From assembly GCA_001655205.1 (NCBI GenBank), contig LPNZ01003216.1:1-41237 (forward strand): a DNA stretch of 41,237 nucleotides, written 5' to 3'. The notes under the pieces are model-generated. The model made no database searches. It worked only from the letters and a program-made list of their open reading frames with translations, and was not told where the DNA came from. Made by a program: the position numbers and the translations under genes. Shown in pieces: positions 12,449 to 24,483 of this stretch. Source of the DNA: Lenisia limosa. Its lineage: Eukaryota; Protista; Breviatea. The first letter of the stretch is position 1. Each line of letters opens with the position of its first letter.

Positions 12449-15400
12449 ATGGCTTCGTCTACAGCCGTTTTGGCTGTTCTTGGTTGGCTGGCTGACCCTC
12501 TTGCTTCATATATAACCAGATTTTTCTGTTGCATTTCTGATTATAGCTTGACAATTCTGCTTTATATTGTATTTATTTAAGTATTAAATTGTTAAATTAG
12601 GTGACAATCTTTTTCCTTTTCTTTGTTGAAGAGGAACTGATACATCATCATATGGTCAAATGTCCTCACACTTCAGTTGTTTGCCTCTCCCTCCATGTTG
12701 TGTATGCCCACATCATGGTAGGCCAACAATCATCGTTTAACAAGGAAAGAACCAACTGATAATATCTCTACTAATCTCTTGTGGGTCTTAAACTGTGCAG
12801 ATGGCTGCAGGAAAGCCACTCAACTCCCTCTTGGAACCTGCGCAACTGCTTCCAGAAGGTATGGCAAGCCCACGTGACTAATCTCGAGTACCATGAATTC
12901 GTACCTAAACTCGAGTGCCGTGAATTGATTGCAATTTAATACTTGAGAAGGGGTGGCTTCCTTGCTTATATTCTAGGAGAAGCCCTGCAAACATCGTGCC
13001 ATGCAGGCAATACGGACATTTTGATCACTCGTGGGTTCTGGATATCATACATATTATGATCATATAAATATTCAGATAATCAATTATCCCTGTATGATAC
13101 ACATATAGTATATGATATTGTATATTACTATGTATTATTGAAGAACGGCTTCAGCCAGATACAACTTCCATTTGTATTTCTCATTGCTATACAGTATATG
13201 ATAATATATGATATACTATAGTATAGATATTATGATATATAAAAAAATATATATAGTATATATAATGTATGTATTATATATGTATTATTGAAAACAGTAT
13301 ACAATTTGATATACAATAATACTACTATGATTGTATGTGATCTATATATACCCTATATCCTGTCCTGTATGTTAATAACAACCTTTTAGAATCACAGAAC
13401 TTGTACTGCCGTGGACTATTTCAAGGCAGCAAGATGACCGTGATTCCGCATTTTCTGCTCAACACTGGGATTGCAGGTTTGTTGGCCGTGAAAAATTGGA
13501 TCTCATTTGCTGTTTTTTCCTCACTGCTGCAGATGCCACGGGTTGTTCATTTCAATTGAGGCAAATAGTGGTCTACAATGGTGGGCAAGCACTCTCAGCT
13601 AACTCCTTGTCCCTCTCCCAATTTGTTGTTTTTGGGTTTTTGGGATTTTGGATTTATACAACTTGATGGACTTGACCATTTGGTTTTTATTGCTCATCCC
13701 CTCTAGCTACAACCATCAACATCATACCTGCTGATTTCCTGACTTCCCCACCCTCTGCTAATGCAAGCGCTATCGTAGGGGGGGGGGGNNNNNNNNNNNN
13801 NNNNNNNNNNNNNNNNNNNNNNNNNNNNNNNNNNNNNNNNNNNNNNNNNNNNNNNNNNNNNNNNNNNNNNNNNNNAAGGTTAATTTCCTTCAGGTGACCT
13901 ATGACCTCAACCCCAATGTTGAAGACATGATGTGTCCTTCTACTTCTACTGAATACTGCATCACTTTCAGTGGGTTCTTTTGGTAATCTGATAAGATTTG
14001 GAAATTCTTGGTATAGATTAACTCAATGAATCGAAATTAGCTGGTCAATTGTAAAATCCCCAAGATAACACTATTAGACGGCACAGAGGTGAACACTCTG
14101 AATCTTTTGACTGGTGTAAACACTTTCAAAGCGTTTGCATCGTACTTCACATGTCTTTCAAACAGCTACGCTTACTCATCTGGTTTGCTGCATTCATTGT
14201 TTGGTTTATGCTTTCATTGCTATCTTGATTGACTATATTAGACGGTCTGGTGTTCGAGCAGTTCAAAGGCAATGGTGACGTAATGGAAGAAAAAGCGACG
14301 TACAATGCGACTGGCCTTGAGCTGGTTTCTGCAATTGGTGGTGTTTATCTTCATATTGACCGTAAGCAGGCTTTTGCCGCAATTTGTTTCTATCACGAAA
14401 ATGCTCTGATGATCTACATAGGTTCGGCAGGAAAGCTCTACTATGAAGACCTTTCATCGACAGTGTCAGGTCCCGTTGAAAACAACTTCATTCTGCCCCC
14501 ATGGGAGCTGGGAACTTATCATGTGAGAGTACAAAAGAACACCTTCTCTAGCATCTTCATAAAAGATTGATGTTCTCAAGCATTTTCATAAGAGATTGAT
14601 GTTCATGTGTTTCACTCCATCTCCAGATAATGTCTGTCTACATTTACAAGAACTGTTGGTTTAGTATTAACGACCCAAGTGAGGGGGACTGCCAGTGAAG
14701 TTTAACTAATTTTACATTGTCCTAAACGAAATATTATCACTTTGTAGTGGTGCTGAAGATTTGGACTGAGGGAGAAATTACAGAAATACCCCTACCTGAG
14801 CCTATTGTTCGTAAGCAAGAGTATTTTTCTCAACTTTACCCTTCAATGCGCAGAATATTCCTGCTCGGGCTTGATTTTTGATTGTCTTAGGATTCGAATC
14901 CGTTTTTGCGTCTTTATACAGGCCCCTGTTCTTTTGGACTGGTACGAGGGTATAATTGACTGAGCCTATAGTATTGAACATTTGTATTTTGTCTTCCTTA
15001 CTGTGTAGCCTCCAAACGACTGTTCACTCTCAACCGCTACATGGATATTGATGAAGCAACCAATGATGGCGTTTTCTACTCCCCAAATGCTGTTGCTCAA
15101 CATTGTGAGTGTAATTTTACATCATTCATTTCAAAAATTTTGATTTGAGGCTCTTCATCTCCTTAGCCGTTCAAAAGAAAGGATACGCTGAATCCAACAG
15201 AGTCACAACAGTGGTATGTACAAGAGAGATTGATGACATTGAGAATACCACTTGTCTTGTCTTATTATCTAGACCCTTGATGTCGTCCTCACTGCATCAA
15301 ATCGTAGTATGCTTGGAGGCAATTGTCACTTTCCGTCATGAGCGAAATAATACTCCGCCTTCTTTAGAGATTTTTATTTTGATGATTCAGATCAAATATA

Positions 15401-18400
15401 TTCCAACGACGCCTTTTATCCGCTTCCTGTGTTCCAAGCACCGGTTCTAGGCACTACGCAGTTTACTTTCTGGACGTGTTGGCATTGGGGTGTATAAGTC
15501 TGTGATGTTGGGCTTATTTCAGAATGTTTCAATTAACTACTGAATGAACATTGAATTCTGTCTTTTGAAGCAAAATAATGGCAGTAGATCTATTTCCTGA
15601 CTTTTTTTGTTGACAATTTATGACGATATTTGGGATGACTTATAGCGTCACATTCTTAACATTGTCGCAGTGTAGTCCTGACCACATAGTAAACGGAGAC
15701 CTGTTCCCCCTTTTTGTGAAAAGTGTTTCGCAGTGTACCACTACCTCACCTTATCTTGAAGACGTCGTAATGAATTATCCTATCCAGTCTTACACTGAGG
15801 GAATGGAAGGCTTTGTAAGCTTTTTGGCTTTCTTGTATATTACTTGTCTTGAAAAAAGAGGGCTGCCTAGAAATTATAATATTTTGCTTTCCCTAGAGAG
15901 TAACAAACCACTACCTTCGTGACGCAGGCATGGGCTTTTTCCATGATGGTAAGATCTTTAGCTCTTTGTGTTCGGAATTTGGATAATATTTTGGAAAACT
16001 CTTGTCATCTAAACTGTGATGAAGAGAATATATGACATATCATGTGTACTATATATGTAACATATGATATGTATAGTATTATTACATACGATTGTCACAT
16101 CCGCTCATATTCTTCTTGTACAGGCCACACGGGTCAGGTGAGGGCGTGCGGCAAGAATGTTGACCTCAATGACATCAACTTTGCTACGGTGGCGGTACCA
16201 CAATCGACAGGACCGCTCAATATTAATTTATTGTCTGGAGTCGACCATATTGACGACGTTGTGTTCTTTCATGAAAATGTTGCTGTTTACTCAAGTTTGT
16301 GGTTTTCAATCTCAAATAACTAAAAAGAATATGATCATAATATGTCATAATGGTACATATAAGGGAATTCAAGTCAGGATAAATATGAGACTCAAATATG
16401 ATGAATAGGGTTGCTAGTCCTCTAAGAGATACATCTGTAGCGCTGGGTTGCCAGTCCTCTAACATTAATCTGTAAAGAGTATGACATAGTATAGTATACT
16501 ATGTTATAATATATCAAACAATAATTCATACAGCGACCGGGATAAATCTTAACTGATTTTCCTCGGGAAATCACATAGGGTCAAGACCTATCCCGGTCAC
16601 TGTCCATACTTACATAATACTTTTTATACTCTTTGAATTGTCCTTTTTTGACTTCATTTAGAGGCGACCAAGCAGGTGACCATTCTTGGAATGAGTGTTG
16701 CAGGATTCACGTCACCCCATCAAGAGATGTCCACGGATACTACTATCAACACGGATGTCTTTGCAAAGCGCTCGGTACGTAGAAATGGGGTTTATTTGGC
16801 TGACTTGGCTAGATCAACGTTACCGACTTTGCAACCTTTTACAAACCGTACTTTACTACCTTGGAGATCCGTCAATGTAAGGAACTTGGTTAAAGCACGA
16901 TGACCTTATCTTTTAGCAATATTGGACCACCCATTGGTGACATCGGTTACATGGCCTGATAAACTCATTGCTGGCATCCCCATATTCCTAGATATCCCTT
17001 CTTCACAGGTTGGTGGTTAATATCTAAAATTAATATCTGTATTTTGCTTGATGATTCTTATAATTCAGTTGAACATCGATGAGCAAATGGTTGAACTGCT
17101 CATTTCTTCCGACAGAGTTACATGTAGGCCATTGAACATAGACAACCATCTCCTTCTTGTCATCACTTGACATTATAATACCCAATAATATATGGTCAAC
17201 GACCTGAGTACATAAAAAAAATTATATTTCGATAAATTATGAGCCAAATGGTCGCTTACTCTCCCATTTGGGGAGTGATTTATTGATATGTAATTTTTTA
17301 TGTGCTCAAGTCGTTGACTATATATAATTTACCCCTCACCTTGAATAGTTGCACAACCCCTCATTCGGCACTCCAATGTGGATCCTGTTTCTGACGCCGT
17401 CTTCGCCGACTATAATGCCACCCAAACGCGTTAGTGGCTTTCATTACAAAGGCTACACTTTTGATTCATATTACTTAGTCTGTATCCTTTTTGAACGCGC
17501 TTATGTGGAAGGTTTTGTGATATTTGCCCTTACTCTTCAGTTCCAAGAGGGACAACAGCATCCGCAAACTCCCGCTTGGTCTTCCCCTGGCTCCCAACTA
17601 GCACTGAAACGACATACACTGTACAGCTTAAGATCATGGATAAGGTTTGAATGCTTGGATTGCATGCCCATACTATAATATAATGCTGAAGCGAAAAAAA
17701 ATGTGATATCCTGTAAATACATGTGATATCCTGTCTATATTAAGAATATAGGTTGTTGCTTCTACGACGATTCAAGGGGCGTATACACTGGATGTCACTA
17801 TGCCCATTTCTCACACTTCGAAAGCGCCGGTTTGCATCTCATTTTGTTTTGTCTGATATTACTTTGCCAGTTCCGCTAACAACTCGTCAGATTGTAGTAA
17901 GGTCCAATAGCGCTATTACCCCGGGCGTGGATGTTTTTTGCCATATGTCCTTTGACGAGAAGACGATCATAGTCCAAGCCGGTGTAGACCCATCTTTTGG
18001 ACTTTACACCTGTGACACGTCAAGCATTGGTGTGACCTGTGGAGTAAATTTCTTAAAAATATTCATAGTAAAACATGAGTTAAGTCCCTTGATAACATTC
18101 TAGATACCAATTCGACGATGACAGTGGTATTGACTAACAGTGCTATCATGTATGATTACGCTGCTGTAAAGTCTGAAGTTGCCGTTTCTCTCTACCCGCC
18201 AAACTACGTGTCCCTTCTAACTGACAGTGTAAGAACCTTTTTTTTATTAGTTTAATTGTGGCGTATCATGATACTCTTCACCCCCTAGGTCGAGAGTGAA
18301 GAAACTATTGAACCTGGTACCACTCCAACAGCGTCAATATCCATTGCCAACGCTGCTCACCCCTCATTCCACCTTGCCCGAATTGATGGCGGTTCAATGT

Positions 18401-21400
18401 TCCTCTGCTCCACTTCATGGTCAAGTGTAAGCGGTCATCATCACAAGTGACATAATATGTATAATATCAAATCAAATATCGATATAGTACATTCATGTAG
18501 TATATTATATACTACATTAAATAATATGCACATACAGTGACCAGTATAACTCTTGACCGATTATTTCTCTGATTTCCCAAGGAAAATCGGTCAACTTATC
18601 CCGCTCACTGTATATACCGTGTGTACTATGTAATGTAAGTTAATATCTTAAATTATATCAGTAGAAACATCAAGAATATAAAAATAAATTAGTGAACCCT
18701 GCCAGTGACTGTTCAGCTTTTGGTGTGTCCACTTCCTAACAAGCCTTACGGCACCCACTCCATTGAACTGAGCCATGACGGGACATCATGGTCACCTCCT
18801 TTGGATATCGTGTACAAGCGGAACCTTGTTGTTGTAGTAGGCTGGAACCCCAGAATGTATTACTTATCAACAGAAATCAACCCTTGACTCAGTGATACTT
18901 GCAGGAGACGCCTCTTCAATTGGACTCTCTGTTTCTGTTGGAAGGGATCCATGCTTCTTTCTTGAGTGTTTTGTAATTGTGTAGGTGGTCAACTCGAAGA
19001 CATTAGAATTGGTATCGTCAGCACCATGTATCCTCAACATTGTTGTGACGCCTACGCCAATTCAAATCCAAGGTGCATCGGCGTCATGCTCCTCTGGCGT
19101 TGCTAATTTCAGAGATTTGAGTATTGTGCCGAAACAAGGTGAAACTTACCAGGTGAGGAAACTAGATAGATGACTCTTCATGTTCATACATATTCTAAAT
19201 CAGTTAATGTTTTCTCCGTAATTTCATTGTTTTAGATTACAATTCTGTCTGCACGGTACCCATCAGTCACACTCAATGTGGGTGACTCTTTGAGAGCAAG
19301 ATTACATGGCGAAACTCACACCATGCAGGAAACATTTGTTGCTGCCCCTTGTTCTACCATTCGGCCTGGATCAATTGAAGACTCTTCTGCGAGCTGCTCC
19401 TGCCCTAAAGGTAGTTCTAACATGGAAGGTGTTGGTTACCATTTCAGGCTACAAATCAAGCACCCAGGCCTGTATTGCATGCCCTAAAGGGAGCTTTAAG
19501 GAATCAGAAGGAGAAGGAAGTTGCTCCAGCTGCCCTTCAGCTGATCCTTTGATTGTACGTTATTTGACGACACTTACACACTTTCATTCTTTATTGTTTT
19601 GTCGTGTGACAATTTAGACTACATTGGAAGTTGGTTCAACTTCTGCTGACAATTGCACGTGCCAGGCTTCTTACGTATTGATAAATTCGACATGTTTGTG
19701 TCCTCCAGGTGGGTGTAATTCGTGTTACATTTTGACATATATTTATCAGAGACGGAGCTTCAAAGTGGCGTATGTCGAGCCTGCTCCTTTAACATGGGAA
19801 CCAACTCGAGCGTACCAAGCCTTGAAAATGTCTGCACCTGTCGGCCTGGTGCTGGCCTTGTTGATGGCAGTAGGTGGATTTCGTTTATTGGCCAATTCTA
19901 CTGAACTAATTCCTGGTCCAACTCTAACCAACCAGCTTGTGAGTTATGTGGACCCACGGCCTTCAAAGCCGATTTTGGCAACTTAGCATGCGAGGCTTGC
20001 CCCACTTATGCAACAACTGGAAAAAGTAACGCCACTCTTGCTTCCGAGTGCTCCTGTGTTTCTGGTGGGTTTGTTGTGGAAAGTTTCGGTCAATATCTTC
20101 GTTGTGACTGACTTGGCCTTTATCCCTGTACATTCTATTCAGGACTCTTGACGAACACAACCGGTGCAAAACAGTCATGCTACTGCGCTGAGGGCAGCAG
20201 AGTTGTTCTTGACTCTGATGGTGGGGCTGGCTGCATGGATTGGAATTGATTCTGAAGGGCTTTCTAACCTTCAAGGGGTTGGTTCCTGTGAGTCTTGCCC
20301 GTACGCCTCCACCGTGGTGTCAGTTTCGGCGTCGGAGTCGCAGCAATGCCAATGCAACGCAGGTAAGGGTAAGAATTCAAGCTTGTTAAGCTTAATCATA
20401 CTTGAAACTAGAAACAGGGTCAGTTGAATCAGGCCTCAAAATAATTTGAACTAGAGAGTAAACATTCAGGATATGAGCCTCAAAGCTCTTCTGGTACGGT
20501 TGTGTGTGAGCCTTGCCAATTTGGAACCTTCAAGCCGGAAATTGGCATGAATGTAAGCACGGCATGGTGTGGAGCAAGCACTTGTGTTTTGGTTCTTCTT
20601 ACATTGTACTGGATCCATATCCGTGTTACTTTTATGGCAACAACCGCTGTAGTCTTGCGAGAGTTGTGGAGGAGTATCAATAACCACAAGTGCAATCGGG
20701 GCCACTGAGGCAAGTCAGTGTGTCTGTTCCGAGTCCTTCTCGAAAGTATGATGAAGGAGAGAAGTGACCTTAATATTGTTCCTGTAACTCTGTTTAGAGT
20801 TCGGAGCTTGAATCCGGACTCCCCGTCTGTGAGTGTTTGCCAGGTGAGTAGTCGACTTTGTTTATTATGTAATGTAACCTAGTAACAGCTGTTTTATTCT
20901 TGTTCCTTTATTAATCAAGCAACTAGCAACGAGTATTGTCTCTACAATAGAATCACAGATCCCTCTATAACGACACAGGAAACCAGCCTACAACCAGCGG
21001 TGATGTCACAACCTGCCAACCCTGCCCTTTGTCATTCACCTCCATCGGTGGCTTGGAACTTTGTCAGGTATGTTGTATGTCTCCAGCGACTACCAGGTGG
21101 TGTCAAAAGGTAGTGAGCTGCAATAAAGACAGATTCGAGCTATTAAAGTAGTAACCCTTTGTGCAATTTGTTGTTGTCACACTATCTGTTCCCAATGTAT
21201 GAAAAGACTAGGGACTTGAGCATAAAGAAGCGATAATGTAATACCTTTTAGGAATGTTTAGAATCCGAGACAACGCAGTCTATCGGTACAGAAGATGGCG
21301 GATGTGTTTGTCGAGTTGGCTACTACCTAGTTAATGGTAGGTTATGGCACAAACAGCTCTAATGCATGCCATAGTTTTAACCTGTATTTGTAAAAAGTGT

Positions 21401-23964
21401 AATTTTCCCCTTTAGATGTATGTACAAGCTGTCCTGAAGGAGCTGTTTGTAATGGTATGTTGGCAGTGAATCAAATTATTGAGACTGTTATTTTGTTTGA
21501 GAAAACGGTATCAGTGCCTGGCGACATACATCGTTACAGCAGTTGACCTGCTTTTAGGAGGTCTTGCTATTCCCTCAGCTCAACCCGGTTTTTATGGAGC
21601 GAATGACGGTGAAGAAACTGTGTTTATGCAGTGTCCTGCTAAAGAGTATGCTAAATCAACCGTTCTCTAATATCCTTATTGGTCCTAACGGCATGCAGAG
21701 CGTCATGCTTGGGCGGTTCGCAGTGTGCTGAAGGCTACGACGGTCTGGTCTGCGGCCAGTGTGTTGACGGCTGGTACAGGGACTCTGGCGAATGCAAGGT
21801 AATTAATTTTTATAACGCTGTGATCCGTATCTCAAGCCAATCTGACACGTCAGGAGTGCAATAGTGATGGAAGCATGCTATTCTACCTTGCCCTTGTGGT
21901 CTCTACTCTGGCTATAATCGTACTCTTTGTTCACGGTACGCGCAAACATTAGATCTGCAATTTGACGAGACGATGTAACCAATTCAGGATGGGGTGCAAC
22001 CCCAACGGCAGTTTCAAGGTTTAGTGCCTTGCGAATTCTGTTCCAATTCATCCAGGTGGCTGAGATTATGTGACTACTTCATTACCAGCTATTGAGTAAA
22101 GACTAACAACTAGATATGTGCCGTCTATGCGGAATGTGAACTGAAATGGCCTTCTGCCGTTGAGGACCTCTTCGAATATCTTAGCCTTGCAAACTTCAAT
22201 TTCCAGGTTCGTGGCACCTTTACTTATAGATTCAGATATAACACAAAATTTTTATTTATAATCACGTTCTTAGGTCACACGCCCTGAGTGCGGTATATCA
22301 GCTGCTTCTTCGTTCTACCAATTCTATTACTTAAAAGTATGGTCAACTCCCGGGTATTTTCTTACTCTTTTCTAGATATTCTTCTTGATATGTTGCTTCT
22401 TTGTAGTTCTCATTTGCTGGGTTATTTCAGCACAGTTTATCAACAGTACAAAGGGAAGGTAGGTTGGGCATCACATGAATAGATCTCCCTTGTAATCAGG
22501 CTAAAGTGTAGACCAAAGTCTTCCAAATTAGTTCATATTTAACTCTTGTAGAAACACTGGAATCCGCACCGTTCTTTTACTTCTTGTGCTCTTATACACT
22601 CCTGCACTTCTCGTACGCTGGGCTGACAAGGGATGTAAATTGACCGTTCAGATTTCACTTGATTATATGAGCTGTTCAAAGGCAGAAGACGGGAAGTACT
22701 ACCTACAGAGTGGTGCGTTGGCTTATCCTATCCTATGTATTTACCTTTTTCCTTCTTGATACTCTATAGCTCCGACGATCGAGTGTTTCAATGGCGACCA
22801 CCAAGACGGACTGCCAACCGCCATAATCGTTATATGTTTGCTCCTGAACTGATGTTTTAACAGAAAGCGTTTCCTTGGCCCTCTATCTGACCAATTAGCG
22901 TTGGCATGCTTAGCTCCACCCCTCGGAGTATTTGTTGCCATCAAGAAGGCGCAAGACGAGGAAGATGATGACGTGGTTGCCAGGTCTGTACCTCAATTGA
23001 ACTCTTACTTTTCTCACCCCGTAGATACGGCATGCTTTATAGTCGGTTCATGCCTTCTGCCAAAATGTACGAGCTTGCCTTGTTGTTAAGAATGTTATCC
23101 GTCTGTCTCGCTGTGAGGATCCTCCAAACTCCGGTGTCACAGGTGAGGATCTTGTTCATTATTTTGTTTGCGTGCGAGAAGCATGTTAAGAGTTTCACCT
23201 TCAAGGCCGTGTTTCTCATCATCGTCCTGACAATCGCACTTTTGATCCACGCGTCGTATACGCCATATAGAGTGCGCATGGCTGACTGATTACAGTGTTC
23301 TTGTTATCATGTGTAGAAACACCATTTGTTTGCTTATGCCTTGTAGGTTAGGTCTCTGAACACTTTGGACCAAGTGGGGCTCACTGTCAGCCTCTTAACC
23401 CTGACTGCTGGTCTGCCTTGTTTGGTCTTTTGTCATTTTCATACTTTTACACTATTCCAAACCTTTCACCTCACAATTTGAAGCTCATCTTTTTAGGTTT
23501 GTCGTTTCAATCTGAATCGTTATCCACTTCGGGAACCAACATCTTGGCTGGTGGGACGGTTGGGAGACATAATCTACTCTCCAGGAGTTTCATCTATTAT
23601 CCTGAAATATTACGTGCTCAATTTAACACTCCTGTAGGTATAGTGCTATTCTTCTTCTTCTTGACAATAGCATTTGTCATTGTTGCTGTCATCTTTGAGA
23701 TTACCTGGGGTGAACGATCGGTATGTTCCGGACCGACTTTATTAACTCACTCTCTAGGCTGACACGAAAGCGGAGGAGGACTTGTTCACAACCGAGTGTG
23801 CCTTTGTGATGTAGGCCATCCACGTTTGAGACTGACGGATTAGATCTGATGACTCTTCATCCTCCGGAAACATGACGCTGACTACCGGGTTAAACCTGCC
23901 CACAACAGAGGTATCGTCGAACAGCAGCAACAGTGCTATTGACTCGGTTATCAGTGACTCGTAG
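12449..23964 (+). CDS. Paralog B: large membrane protein, same architecture as A
   Basis: Exons splice in frame from ~18985 to stop TAG 23964; TIG-like CPLPNKPYGTHSIELSHDGTSWSPP; repeats CIACPKGSFKESEGEGSCSSCP, CEPCQFGTFKPEIGMN; CLGGSQCAEGYDGLVCGQCVDGWYRDSGECK; TM region with WPSAVEDLFEYLSLANF, RYGMLYSRF, ALLIHASYTPYR; Ser-rich cytosolic tail. Start codon uncertain. Confidence 0.85.
13141..13163. repeat. 23-bp dispersed core, copy 2 (intron of B)
   Basis: Identical to 6119-6141. Confidence 0.75.
16531..16602. mobile_element. MITE-like family 2 (CAGTGACCGGGATA termini), intron of B
   Basis: TA|CAGCGACCGGGATA ... TATCCCGGTCACTG; internal tcttgacc / tgatttccc.aggaaaatc shared (inverted) with 18535-18610. 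Confidence 0.75.
18535..18610. mobile_element. MITE-like family 2, intron of B
   Basis: TA|CAGTGACCAGTATAA ... TTATCCCGCTCACTG|TA; CAGT ends plus TA flanks are typical of Tc1/mariner derivatives. Confidence 0.8.
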
Positions 23965-24060
23965 TTATGTTCTTGTTTTAGCTGTATGTGTTTGTTTATA
24001 GAATGTTATGTAACTTGGATTATGTTCGAGGAGGATTATGTTTATTGAAGAAGCAAGTCA

Positions 24061-24106
24061 ACTAGAATGGGATATACTGCCTTTGGGCGGTATATCCCAT
24101 TCTAGT
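24061..24106. repeat. Near-perfect hairpin, 21-bp stem and 4-nt loop
   Basis: ACTAGAATGGGATATACTGCC-TTTG-GGCGGTATATCCCATTCTAGT; single T:G mismatch; ~100 bp past the stop of B. Confidence 0.85.
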
Positions 24107-24483
24107 CTTGGGTTGTGTCCGCCTAAGAAGTAAAGGTGTGGAATGGCCAGAGAATAGTAAATGATAAATGAGGGTGAAATAGGGTAAGTTAGTTTCAGGT
24201 AAGTTGCAGGTAAGACGAGAAGACGAGAGTTTCAGATTCAATCTGATTCGCAGACAAAAACACGACAGAGTTTGAGAGAAATCTACGCGACCGGCCTTGA
24301 TGTCATTTGATTGTTTTTTTCTCCCCTCTATTTACCTAGTCATCATTCCATCTAATTCTTTCATTTATCAATTCATCATCGATTAGTTTTTGAAATATCC
24401 ACTTGAAAATCCAAATCTATAACCAGTTTTCCCAAGATCTTAGCTTTCCCTCCTGAGACAAGCAAACAGTAGACGACCAGGGA

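Noticed and set aside
13626-13655. Telomere-like TTTTTGGG repeats
   Set aside because: Only two to three degenerate units within an intron
21670-21698. ATATCCTT plus TCCTAAC resembling U12-type donor and branch signals
   Set aside because: Motifs are ~13 nt apart inside a normal GT-AG intron; geometry is incompatible with a U12 intron
24181-24216. U1 snRNA (CTTACCTG on minus strand) or spliced-leader RNA gene
   Set aside because: No recognisable U1 stem-loops or Sm site follow; no SL array context
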